This document shows, piece by piece, positions 52,096 to 64,000 of a stretch of DNA of 64,000 nucleotides. The first letter of the stretch is position 1. Every line of letters begins with the position of its first letter. The notes beneath the pieces are model-generated. The model searched no databases. It worked only from the letters and a program-made list of their open reading frames with translations, and was not told the DNA's origin. Source of the DNA: Callorhinchus milii (lineage: Eukaryota); NCBI RefSeq assembly GCF_018977255.1, contig NW_024704743.1, positions 45,572,001-45,636,000 of the forward strand, written 5' to 3'. The position numbers and the translations under genes were made by a program.

Positions 52096-52899
52096 ATGGC
52101 CATGGTTCAAACTCAAAACTTATCACTAGTTAAAACCAGAAAACTAGATGCAACATTAAGCATTATCATGCTTCATGCAGAACATTTTCAAGACTGTCTC
52201 TGAATTTGCAGTCTTGAACAGTAAGTACAGTGCTCCCCACCCACAGACTTTACCCCTTTCAACATGTTCTCACTTAGCAACAATATTCATGTACCAGAAC
52301 AGCACTAGAACATTCAAATACTGTTTCAATAGCCATAGGAAAAGTGAAAAATATCAAATATATTTTTGTCCAAAGCATATTTTACCTTTTCTCCTCTTAC
52401 CAGGGATAGGTTTCTCCTCCTAGCTCTTTCTTCCACTCTCCCAACTATCAACGAGACCGTGAGACCATTTTAATCAGAAGTGCAAAACTGTATACATGAG
52501 AAAGGAATAGGGGGATATGGGGAAAGCTGGAGGGCAGGTTTAGAATGGGTGGAGGCTCATTTGGAGTAAAAACAACAGAGCAGGCCAGTTAGACTGTTGG
52601 CCTGTTTTGGTGCTGTAGATTCTATGTATGTAAGCACATGTACAAACAGAATAGCTTTTGAAAAAGCTTTGCACTAAAAAACAATCCTTTCATAATTGCT
52701 AATACTGAATAGCCATTCAAACTCAGTCAATGGGAAGAGATTATGCTTACTGGGGTAGGATTTTGGAAAACAAAATAACTGAAGAGGTTATACTATGTGA
52801 AATGGCAGAGGTAGTTCATGCAGATTTTTGTATTTCATACAAATTAGCATGGCCAGACCAGAAACATGTGCCTGTGTGTCAGCCTGATGCAGTGATAGT

Positions 52900-53298
52900 C
52901 GCTGAGTCAGAAGGTTGTGGGTTCAAGCCCCAGATCAGGATTTGGAAGCACATAGTCTAAGCCGACACTCCAATGCATTACTGAGAGCGTGTTGCACTGT
53001 CAGAGTTGCCATCCTTCAAACGAGACGTTAAACAGAGGCCTCGTCTGCCTGTTCAGGTGGACATTAAAGATCCCATGGCATTATTCGAAAGAGAAGGGAG
53101 TTTCTCCCGCGGTCCTGGCCAATAACCCTCCAGATAAAAATGGCTGTTTGTAGGATATTGCTGTGTGCAAAATTGGCTATCACATTTCACCCACATAATA
53201 GTCAATCTACTTTACAGAATATCCTGTGAAGGGCTTTGAGACATCTTGATGACGTGATAAGGTGCTATATCAAATGCAAGGATTATTATTAATTATTA
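52900..53298 (+). mobile_element. Deu-domain SINE (family B)
   Basis: ctgagtcagaaggttgtgggttcaagcccc...gttcaggtggacattaaagatcccatggcattattcgaaagagaagggagtttctcccg...caaatgcaaggattattatt. Confidence 0.85.
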
Positions 53299-55094
53299 AA
53301 AAACTATAAGCTGTAAATTGTACTTCCACTTATTATTATTATTCAAAGCTTTGCAGCTCCATCTTCATATCAATCTAAAGTTAGTTGAATTATAGCTTTA
53401 AGATAAAAATTGATCACTACAGTTTAAAATACAATATGAATAACATAAACATTGATTAGTCTGCTAGTGAAGCAGTCTTGGGTATTATCCTGAGTGAGGA
53501 AAATTGCAGTGCTCGATTTTAAAACCCAGTGAGAATGCATGGCATTTTCTATCAGATTTGTTGGACAGTTGCTGCAGTCATCAGAATGTGAATGAAAGCG
53601 CTGAACTATTACATTGGCTGTTCCTGTTTAAATGTTCTTGTTTAGGATGCTCTAAAAAAGTAGCAAATTCATACTGCTTGAGTGATCATTCACAACATCT
53701 GAGCACTTCACAAAGATGGACTTGGATGCCGAACAAGTAAGGAAGGGAAGGGGCAAAGATGACTATAGGTAAGTTTGAAGAGGTAGATTTTTAGGTGGAA
53801 TTTAAAGATAGCTAGAAAGGAGACAAGACTGATGAGTAGAGGGAGGTAGTTGTTGAAGGCTCAGCCACCAGCTCAAAGGGGGTTGGGAAAAATAGCAGAT
53901 CCAAATTAGCCAAGTGAAGAAGCAAACAGAAAAGTGAGGTAGAAGAAGGTCACAGAGATAGGAAGGTACTACGGCATGAAGAAATTTATGTGAGCACCTT
54001 GAAGTCGATCCATTGGAAAACAATGGAACCTGGAGAGGAATGAGATATTGGCACATGGGATTGCTCCATTGCATGCCACAATTGTGTTTTAAGCTTTAAC
54101 CAATAAATAGAATGAAGTGAATGAGATTTTTTGGTGGGGGGGTGGGGGGGGGGAATGTACGTGGACAAACATTATGACCTTTCAGTTTAAATCTGGTCAG
54201 TTGTAGAAATGTTCATGTATTACACCTGGTGTATTGCTGGATGTAAATATTGCACTCATAGAACTAGGATTTCAATAATTCTAAAACAAATTAATGGACC
54301 AACTGTTTTTTCAATAGTGCAGGACTCAGTACAGTAGCGTTCATTCCAAAGAAGGCAATCCACTCAGTTCTCCTCCCTGGTTCACCTTTTACTTCTCCTC
54401 ACATGACTGATCCAGGCTAACGCACAAGAAATTGCATTCACATAGTACCCTTCATTCACACCAGGTAGTGTCTAGGAGCGCTTAAATCTACAACTGAACC
54501 GCAAATACTCACACGGTGAGTATTAGATAATGGGGGCTTAATTATAGTTATGTCAAAAAAACAATGATTACTACTTTTTGTATTTCAAGTCTTTTCCAAC
54601 TGTAGATTCACAGCTGGTTATAGATCCTCCAACTGCACCCATGGTGATGGTGGCAGGATCTGTACAACAAACAAACATTCATGCTTAAACCATTCTGACA
54701 ACATTCATGTTCACCTTCACATTTCTAACATAGAAAGGGGAGAAGCACGGAAACTTTACGGCAAATGAATTGAACTAACAAAAAAAAAGGGTTGAATTTA
54801 TTTTAATTGTCTTGTATTCCATGTGTCTGTGAATAGGTGTCCACTTATCCTTCTCTCAGCCTCCCCAGAAACAAAAATTACCCAAGAGGGACACTACAGA
54901 ATTCCCATTATGATTATCTCAGCAATAACTTCAGAACACATTCCCACACAATTCTTCAATTCATGTGAGGTGTAGGTAAGGCAATGGATCCGTGAGACTT
55001 CCTTCAGCTTGTTTGATTATTCTTAGCACCACATACTCTAAGATCCAGACCGGGTGACTGGGAGGGAGCAAATGTAGAAGATATCTGATTCAAA

Positions 55095-55220
55095 ATAAAT
55101 ACCCTGCAGAATTTCACCCACAAAAATAGTCAATTCACTTTACAGTATATTCTATGAAGCGTTTGAGACGTCTCGACGATGTGATAAGGCGCTATATCAA
55201 ATGCAAGGATTATTATTATT
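55095..55220 (+). mobile_element. SINE 3' fragment (shared tail)
   Basis: cccacaaaaatagtcaattcactttacagtatattctatgaagcgtttgagacgtc...tcaaatgcaaggattattattatt. Confidence 0.75.
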
Positions 55221-56870
55221 AAAATCTGTTTATTATTCTCAACCTGCTCCATACAATGCAGGATACTAACTGAGTATCCCTAGGAAGGGGAGGTCTTAGT
55301 CTCCCTACAGAAAACACAACTGCCAGGACTGACCTACTAAACATCCCATTTCCTGTGTTCCTCTGTTGAACGGAGATGCACTGCATTTTCCAACAAGATA
55401 TAAACCTTCAGTGCCAAGTCTACACAAAAAAAAGTCTGTCGACAAATCCAAGGTTTTTTCTAAATTATCATGTCACAAGTGTCAACTTAATGAAAAAGCA
55501 ATAATTATATTTGTATAGAGCCTTTCACATCAGGACACAGTCTTCTGAATTCAGCTTAATGTGGTGGCAGATAAAAGAAACGACAAGTTAACCTCTAAAA
55601 TTGGTGAAAATGGGAAATTATACTGAGTAAAAAAAGCTTTAGAACATGACCTGTATATCTAGACATCACACTAATAAATTGCACGCAACCTGCAAACATG
55701 GAAACTCGTTGGGAGTCTTTTATCAATTATCCCTCTACCAAAATAATACCAGAAGACAAGAGCTGCACCTGAATATCAGGTGACTTCAACGTTGCCCTCA
55801 TTTTCACCTTCTGCTACTGTTATTTAGGCAGGTGGTGGACTGAGTAAAGACTCCAGGCTTTCACGTGTACATGACAGGATAACATTACACAAGGTGTGCT
55901 GCAGGGAAACCCTCCCACTCCCACCTCCCCTGGCATGATGGCTGCACCAAGATGCTCATGGATCATCACTTAACACTTCTGTCTCTCAGAATACCAGCTT
56001 TACCCTGATTTTTTTTGTTCAGTTAAGCCAGCGTTGCACGAACTTTGTAATCAGAGGTCCAATGAGTGGAGCGGCATTTAATGTTGGGAGGAGGGGTGCT
56101 GCCTCCAGGACATCCAGGGACCAGACAACCTGTTAAATGGTGTAAGATCACTATATTCAAAGCACGTGTTAATTTAACACCATAGGCGAATAAAAAGTAC
56201 ATGGGGTATTCCTGACGGAGTCTACTACTGTATTCAGAATAAAGTAACCTCTTGATTTGCATTATCCCTCTGTTAGTACAAGGCACTAGCTTATATGAAT
56301 TTTTCTAAATTAGAACAGCTTTGCATCAATTCAGCATAGGTTGGAAAGGACAAATGTCCTGTATATTTGCTGTGACCCATAGTAACTACTACTGAGCACT
56401 ATTAATATTTCACTATATTTGTTTAGTAAATTTAGCCATTTCACTGAACAAATGTCCCTATTTTGGATCCTTGCTCCCAATTCCAATTAAACACCATACA
56501 ATGGACAATAGATCTGAACTCTAAAGTCAAAAAATGGACCAATCTACAATCTTCTAAGTTTTTATGAATCATTAACACAATGGGGAGCATATTTATCCAC
56601 TGGTTAATTACCACACTGGTGAGTGCATCTATTCAGTGTGAATAAGAAAGCTAAAACTGACAGGAGAATGGAAAACGACAAGATCAGCACCACCACTTAC
56701 ATGAGTTTTAGTGTCAGTTCCATTCCAGGTTTTCTTGTGTGGTCTTAATCGTAAATAAAGCTTTTAATCATTGGAAAACGGAACAAAATCCACAAAGTCG
56801 GAAGTAAATCTGTTTAGATCTCCATTCTAACCTTGGTTCTCAATTACTGTGAGCTTTTAGTAGTTCTTAC

Positions 56871-57020
56871 CATATAATGGAGATTCTCGACCATCATCTT
56901 TATCACTTTCCTTATCTTTTCCTTTTTTTCGATGATGATGTTTATGTCCACGGTGTCTGTGGCGTCTTCGGCTCTGTCTACCAAGCGGTACATGTACCCC
57001 AATATACACAGCCCTGTGGC
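56871..57020 (-). CDS. slc4a7: slc4a7 coding exon w2 (150 nt), His/Arg-rich N-terminal segment
   Basis: tgcag|GCCAC...TATATG|gtaaga; HRAVYIGVHVPLGRQSRRRHRHRGHKHHHRKKGKDKESDKDDGRESPLY. Confidence 0.94.
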
Positions 57021-57414
57021 CTGCAAAGCAAAAACAGAGTAAGTCGCAAACGATTTGTGATAAAACTCACTGAAGCCAGCTATATCAAATGCAAGGATTA
57101 TTATTATTATAAGGTTTGTAAAAATCGAGCCAAATGACAAAAGTGAAAAATAAACAGCCTGTTACACAGCGTGTATGTAAAAAAAAAGGGGTAAGAAGTG
57201 GACTACAATACAAAAAGTTGAAAATAATTAGTGTTGCCAGACAAACAGTTACCAAAGCACTAGCCATTCATTTCTTCTCACTCTTTGTGGTGCTCAATTT
57301 TTTTTCAGGTTTGACTGTCAAAAAAAAAATTAGCTCTCCTCTGGAACCCTCTTCTGAAATCTTTCCATCTTGTCCCCTCCCTCTAAGTTTTCAAAACCCA
57401 TCTAATAGCTCTGA

Positions 57415-57700
57415 CCTGCCTCATGTCCCTCACCTCACCCCACCATTGGCGGGTGGGCTTTCAGCCATTCTGCCCCCACCCTTCGGAACTCCATATCCCA
57501 CAGTCCCTCCACCTCGCCCCCTCCCTTGCCTCCTTCAAGACTCTCCTCTTCGATGGTGCCTTCGGTCACCCTCCTTCCCCTCCCTGCCCTTCTCCCTTCC
57601 CGATCCCAACCCCCAGCTCCGGTATGAAACACGGATTGTCCAAAGTCTTGGGACGTCCTCCCAACGTGAAACGCGCTATACAAATCTAATTTTGTTGTTG
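57415..57700 (+). mobile_element. L2 3' end fragment
   Basis: GGLSAILPP / SLHLAPSLASFKTLLFDGAF, tail ttgggacgtcctcccaacgtgaaacgcgctatacaaat(ttg)n. Confidence 0.8.
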
Positions 57701-59296
57701 TTCCAAAGAAATGTGATTTCCCACCTGCCTTGCAGCTTGCTATTCCACTCACTCTTGCAAAGCACTTTTGGGACCTTCACCCCATGTGAAAGACACTATA
57801 CAAGTACAAATTACTTTATACTTTAAATCAGACATTCTCTCTTGCAGGATAGCTTATTGGAGAAATTAGTGTGTGTTAAGTAGCAAAAGGATTTATATAC
57901 AATCTTTAAATACAATATTCCAACATAAACCCTTGAATACTTGTATGAAATGACAGCATTGGGTATATTAAAAAAGTTAAAGGATATTTTTTCAAAACAA
58001 ACACCTAATTTTGAAAACTGAAATCTTGCCCCAGTACACATTAAGCAACCAAGCCTTTCACCTAAATTCAACTCCAGTCCGGACTAACGGACAAAAATAT
58101 TAAGTCAATAGAAAGATAAGTTGCTAACTGAATTTAACAGTTTCAAACCAATTCAGACACAAAGGCAACATAAAATTGCTATCTCGCTGAATATGAGCGT
58201 AACTAGTGTGAACAACAGAATACCTCACACGGATGCAATAGTGAGTGGAATTCTGGCACACTGTTGCAGCAAATAGGGGGAAATTTACTCTCCCTACAGT
58301 GATATCTGACCAAAGAATGCCTGATACTAACACTGGGGAGCAAGGGAGATTTCCACTCCCCTGCACTGAGATTCCTAACGCTAACAAACACACATTCACT
58401 CAGGCTTTCTTCAATTAAAGTATCAAGAGATGGCCTGAGGATCACAGCCACCATCTCTTTCGTACTCATTTCCAAAGATAGGCTCTGAAACATGATGTTT
58501 CTTCAGCTAATCTAAGATTCTGGCACTGCCTGCTACTCCACTGAAACATGAGTGGCAGATGGATTTTAATGTTAATATAAGGCAATGGATATTGGAACAA
58601 GAATAAACATGTATCGATAATAAAGAGCATCAGTATTCATGGAGAAGGAAAAGGGTTTGGGTGGTGTTAAATGATCCTTCACCCAAGGTTTCCTGTCACT
58701 GAGAAGCTTCTGTCAACAAAGCTAATACTTTAAAAGGTTATAAACAGTATACATCACTGGTGAAGCCTCATTTAGAAAATTAGGTTCATTTATGAACACT
58801 TTACCTTCAAAAGGACAAGGAGAGCAGAGAACAAAATTACTTCCAGGACTTGGGTCTCTGCGTATGAGGACAGACAATTTATTCTCATAGGAAAACTATG
58901 GGGGTGGTGAGGGAAAAGGAAGACAGGATTAATTTTTACCTGAAGATGGTGTAAGTGGTCTTAAATCCGTGAAAGCAGAAGTAAAAGTCATATTTAAAAT
59001 TTAAAAGCTTTAAGGTGAACCAAATACTGAATTTCAGGGGGGGGGGGGGGGGAGTTCTCAGGTATGTAGAACAAACTTCAACAAAGCTAACAATGTTACC
59101 AATGTTGCTTTGATAAGCTCCACTATAAAATAACTCGATAAGGTATCTTCTTGGGAACCGTAGAAACAAGGAAAGGTGTAGACTTAGATGAATAAATATC
59201 TGAGGAGATTGGATGGGCGAAGTCCACAACAGGCTAATGTTGCTTTCTCTATGGAAGGAATCATGTGATGAGAAAAAAGACCTAGAACATACACAA

Positions 59297-59475
59297 TCTT
59301 TACAGTGTGTTCTGTGAAGCGCTTTGGGACGTCCTCCCGATGTGAAAAGCGCTATATCAAATGCAAGGATTATTATTATTATTATTATAATATCTACACT
59401 TTACAGTCAATTCTGAACAGCGTTTTGAGGCGTCCTCCTGACGTGATAGGTGCCATTTCAAATCCAAGGATATTT
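59297..59475 (+). mobile_element. Two tandem SINE 3' tails
   Basis: Two successive tttacagt..ctg..gcg(c)ttt..acgtc..gcgctat..caaat(g/c)caaggat units. Confidence 0.75.
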
Positions 59476-61029
59476 TTGTTTTTACTTGCTGCGTTTGGAG
59501 TTTACAAAGTTTGAGGATTTAAACAACAAAAATGTATGGAATGAAAAAAAATAATTCTTTGCGATTGAGCAGCTATGCATAAAGCTTTTCTCTCACAATT
59601 TACAAAGTTACCCAACACCTTAATAAAATGCCTGCCTTGTAATCACTACTGAATATCCATTTGTTTAAAGGAAGATAACCTAATCTGCAGTCTAATAATG
59701 ATTTAGCTATTCTTCTAAATTGCAGACAAACTAAAGTAGCAACATCAAGCAATACAAAAGAGATTAAGGAATGAAGCAAGACTATGAATTAAGTGAAATA
59801 GTTATGTACCATATTAAACATTACTGAGCAGTTTCCATTGAGGTGGAAATTGTTTGAGGCAGATTTGCACTTATGTGACTCATAAACTGGCTTTGAACAA
59901 AAACATTTTGACAATGGTTTGCTTTTGGGCTTTTACAGATACAGAAATGTAGCTTTTTGAAAATATCCAGTGACAGAATATCGATAGTCACGATTCCACT
60001 TCAGAGAGAATCAAAACACTCAGCTATCAATGTACCTCATTATCCAAATACTCACACAATTATAGGAATCAACCTAATTATCCAGAAATGTGGGTGTGTT
60101 TGGGGCGTATTTTAGATAAAAATGAACTGGTGAACTTTAGTGCACAATAGCAGCTTCACTTATAAAGGAAGTGGGCTAACCCTGAAAAGAATAGATTGGA
60201 GGTATACAAGTCCCCAATTACACTTATAATCGTGAATACAGAAGACGGGAAGACAAAAGAAAGGAACTACAATCTTCCTGTTAGTCATTTAACATGAACA
60301 TTTTCACAGCACTGAAAGAGAACACAAGTTGTACGTAAATACATAAAAAAAAATAAATCCACTAATTAGGTCAGTCTAATAACTGTCCTTCTCTGCCCTG
60401 TTCAATGGATTTGAAATTCTGGGTACCAGCTGCTTTAAACGGGACGGGATGGGGGTGGGTGGGATGGGGGGGGGGGGGGATTAGGAGAGTAAGTTACTCA
60501 TACCAAACTGTGTCTGCCCATCACCTCCAGTCCTCAGCAGGCTCCACTGGATTACAGTGGATTGTTTTCATGGTGCTCACGGTCACCTAAGATCCATTAA
60601 TCTTCTAGGACCTCCCAATCTCTGAGTTCCCACCCCTACCACTATCCCATTCCTCAGCTCGGAGTCTGTCCCAGACACTGTAAAGTGTTCTGAGACTTTA
60701 TCCTCTCCAAAGGACTCTATATAAATGTAAGTTGTTATTACTCATTCCTGCAGTGAGAGCAACAGTACTCAATAATGCTGTCATGGATCATTAGTGGGAT
60801 GGTATTTCAATATAATTAAAAATTCCCTTTTCCCTAAGAAGTATGCCGACTACTGCCATGTGCGAATATATGGACCCCAGTAAAGATGTTATTTGAATGA
60901 ATAAGGCATGCTGGTTTAAATGAATCAGGGAAGAAGGAAAGAGAAAACTGTCTATCATGAGATCAGGCGTATTTTCATCATTCTATCAGTAGAATAGCAT
61001 TGATATATTAGCATGCTTATATTTGCATG

Positions 61030-61320
61030 CAGTACAACAACAAAATTACACTTGTATATGGCCTTTCACGTCAGGAGGACATCCCAAGACAGAATTACGG
61101 ACCCAAGCTGGGGGTCGGGGAGGGTGGAGGGCGGGGGAGGAGGGGGAAGCTGGGAGATCGAAAGCACGGTCGAAGAGGCGGGTCTTGAGATGGGTCTTGA
61201 AGGTGGCGAGGGAGGGGGCGAGGCAGAGGGACTGCGGGATGGAGTTCCAGAGGGTGGGGGCAGAGTGGTGGAAGGCCCGCCTGCCAATAGTGGGGTGAGT
61301 GAGGCGGGGGCGTGGGCGAG
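61030..61320 (-). mobile_element. L2 3' end fragment
   Basis: Reverse-complement homologue of 57415-57700 including the hairpin tail. Confidence 0.8.
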
Positions 61321-61378
61321 ACTTCTAAGAATATTCATCAAAACAATCTCCTCCAACCTCCCCCATTTGCCTATGAGT

Positions 61379-61622
61379 TAGGGTGCCCATATTTTGTAAA
61401 TCAATTTTGGGGGCATAAATACAAAAAATTGAACTCTCTACAATTTCTGATGCTGGCAGTACTGGAGAAGCTTGTTGGATTAATGGCGGTATTTCTCTGA
61501 TGAGTGGATCGGTTTTAGAATTTTATTGTTCTCGCTGAACTCAAAACAGGGAAAATTTGGCCAGGAACACAATACTTCATCCGAGGAGTGCACCCAGCAA
61601 CTGGGGACATTTGGTCACTCCA
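61379..61622. mobile_element. Possible decayed hAT-Tip100-like MITE
   Basis: Ends tagggtgcccatat ... acatttggtcactcca resemble TAGGGTGACCA..TGGTCACCCTA TIRs; TSD poorly preserved. Confidence 0.45.
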
Positions 61623-63190
61623 TATGGGGTCAAGTCCTTTTAAAATAGCCTTGCCACAGCAATCTATTAATAAAGAAGCCTGGGGTCAACTTCTTGACAT
61701 TCTGTCTCTGAAAGATTGGTCAACTGTTAACCTTTCACTAGGTTCATCAGATTAATTCCCTAAAACTTACTAGTGTGAAGGGGAACTTCCCCTCTACTTT
61801 AGGACTGGCAAATCTCCCTTCTTTCATTTGATGCCAATCCTGTAGCACCGGAAGATCCTTGACCAATTTAATTTTGATAGATAACCAAAAACACAGGTTA
61901 AGCACTAGGGAAGGAGGTACTTTTCAATGCTGTATGGAAAACAGAAGCACTTTCTAACTGATCATTCAGCAAGCAAATAGATCTGCGCTTGAGACTCTTT
62001 GCAAGTCCGGCCATCAAACCAAGAAGCTTCGACAACAGTCTTAAACAAGATTTTAAAACAAAATCTGTCAAGGACACAAGAGGCAAAAAACCAAGACGAT
62101 TCTCAGCATTAGGAATCTTGAGGAAAAACCTGTTCACTTTAAGCAATTATTTTTAATTATAAACTTAATTATAAACTTGCGAACAATGGTAGACTGAGGA
62201 AGATGGCATGCAGCAACCCCATTAATCATGTGAGACAGCTCTGGAATCAAGCACTAATGTTTTCAAATGAACACATTTACAGTCCAAGTACTGTTCTTTA
62301 ATTGTCCAGTATGTATTTGTAATATGCAACACAACTGGTTTGCTTTGCATAAATGCTCCATTTAGGCAAAAGAACAACAGAATGAAAAGTGCAGCAAAAT
62401 AATGTAATGTATTTACTCTTGATAGATCAGTTTGTTAAATAAAGATGTTCACTGTCTCTGTGAAAAATTTGTTACTGTATCTTTACAAAATATACCAAAT
62501 AAAACGTACAGATTTTATGATGAGAAGGGTATGCTTTTCAAAGATCTGTTATATTGAGATACATATGTAAAATATAATTTGTCCACAATCCCAATCATTC
62601 CACTCTGGGTTAAATGAACAAGCTCCTGTTGCTTCTCCTAAAATTGCGCTTTGTAAATCTAAGCTTATGTCTTCCCTTCTTATAAAATATAATCCTTGAA
62701 CAATTTTTAAAAAATTTCCTTCCACTGTTCAATTATAATTTTGTAGAATCACTAAGAATTATTTAAAAAAATTAAAATCCTGGTTTGTATTGATTGTACA
62801 AACAAAGGAGACGAGTTAATTTTCTTAAGGTAACATGTTCATTGAATAAATAAGTCAATGAAGCACTGTTACTATTTAATGTAGCCATTTTGTTGACAAG
62901 TAGAGTACGATTAACAAATATAAAGTAGTTAACCTAGTTAGTTTAGATTTGATTCAATGCAAAGTCCTCGTAGTCTTATGGATACATAACAGTCTTCCAT
63001 AAAATGCAGCTCCACATCTCTTTATATATAAAAACTGATTTTGTGAAGTACTATCTTGGCAAATGTACTACAAAGAAAACTGACTGCATTTTATATCAAA
63101 CTGTGGAATAAATGTAGTTCCAAGTTATAAGAAACTTAAAAACCTAGGGAAAAGTTTTTCTTTAATGCTGATCATTCAAGATTCACTTAC

Positions 63191-63272
63191 TTTCTAGCTC
63201 CTCAGTTTCAAAGTTTGTATTGACAACTGTACTCGTTTTACCCAAGTCCACAATAGCTTCTTCATCATGACG
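63191..63272 (-). CDS. slc4a7: slc4a7 coding exon w1 (82 nt, phase 0->1)
   Basis: tttag|CGTCAT...CTAGAAA|gtaagt; RHDEEAIVDLGKTSTVVNTNFETEELE. Confidence 0.93.
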
Positions 63273-64000
63273 CTAAACAAACAAAAAAGAAATCATTAGC
63301 GCTCAGCATGTACAAACGTGACAAATTTAAAATTCAATACTCAAATACAAGATGAGGAGTGTATATTTTACAGATCAACACATTTTTTAAAAATATTGTG
63401 ACTAACCAGATGGACTACTGTTTGACCCTGTCCAGTATTCCCATAAATTTTCATGTGGCATTTCTACTGCATCCGAAACTACACTTTACGAAACAATTTG
63501 TTTAGGAAATGGAGGAGAAGAAATTGCATCTTGCAACAAGTGTCCCATTTTGGATTCCCAAAACAATTTATGAATAATAAAGAAAAACCAACAAGGTTGC
63601 TTTTAGACTGCAGTATTCCCCCCAAAAGGTATGTTGTCAAAATTGCAGCACACATACAAAAATATATTAGTTTTGATATAGTGGATACATAACTTTCAAG
63701 TCCGAGTGAACCCAAATGATCCAGGCATAAACATTTCCATCACAAATTGCAATTCACAATTGTCAATTCCAACATCTTCAGCAAAAGGAAATGCTACCCA
63801 AGCATTAAGGGCCCTTTGGGACTCCCCATTATGTAGCAAACTAATCAACACATTTTGTAATATTTATTGAAGACTGTTTATTCATGGACTTTTTCCAGTG
63901 TCACCTCCCATTTCCTCAAGGCGTTTGTTCGGTTCCCTCCTATTTTTAAAAATAAGTGATGTAGTTTCCTTAGCCACATTGTGAAAATCTAGAACAAGAT

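Larger units (their letters stand above)
2531..63272 (-). other. slc4a7: slc4a7 (NBCn1, SLC4 Na+/HCO3- cotransporter) gene body, partial: 25 coding exons; first and last exons not in window
   Basis: Spliced translation matches NBCn1 throughout. It includes SLC4A7-specific segments (cassette II GEGLSASR..PEEDLE; DEEAxVDLGKTS; KLFGMPAKHQPDLIYLRYVPLWKVH) that distinguish it from SLC4A8/A10. Exon phases chain consistently. Confidence 0.96.

Noticed and set aside
57134..57826. 230-aa plus-strand ORF
   Set aside because: Off-frame read through an L2 3' fragment; no recognisable protein
2531..63272. Alternative assignment to slc4a10 or slc4a8
   Set aside because: Cassette II and diagnostic residues match SLC4A7

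Overview
AT-rich vertebrate genomic DNA. The repeat content (CR1 and L2 LINEs, Deu-domain SINEs, tRNA-derived SINEs with (ATT)n tails, a Penelope-like repeat) suggests a cartilaginous fish, but this is inference. The whole window lies inside one minus-strand gene, slc4a7 (electroneutral Na+/HCO3- cotransporter NBCn1). I traced 25 coding exons from 63272 down to 2531 (3665 nt), all phase-consistent. The first exon(s) and the terminal exon(s) were not found and probably lie outside the window. All four optional cassettes known from mammalian NBCn1 are recognisable: I (internal GC donor), II, III, and the 60-nt cassette IV, whose peptide is absent from the ORF track. There is one clear GC-AG intron and two more GC donor candidates. 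The introns hold a young 5'-truncated CR1, many L2/CR1 relics, two SINE families sharing an L2-type 3' hairpin tail, a hAT-type non-autonomous transposon with TIRs and TSD, and a decayed Penelope-type hammerhead motif. I see no evidence for a wholly new biological system; the interesting signals are splicing architecture and mobile-element structure.
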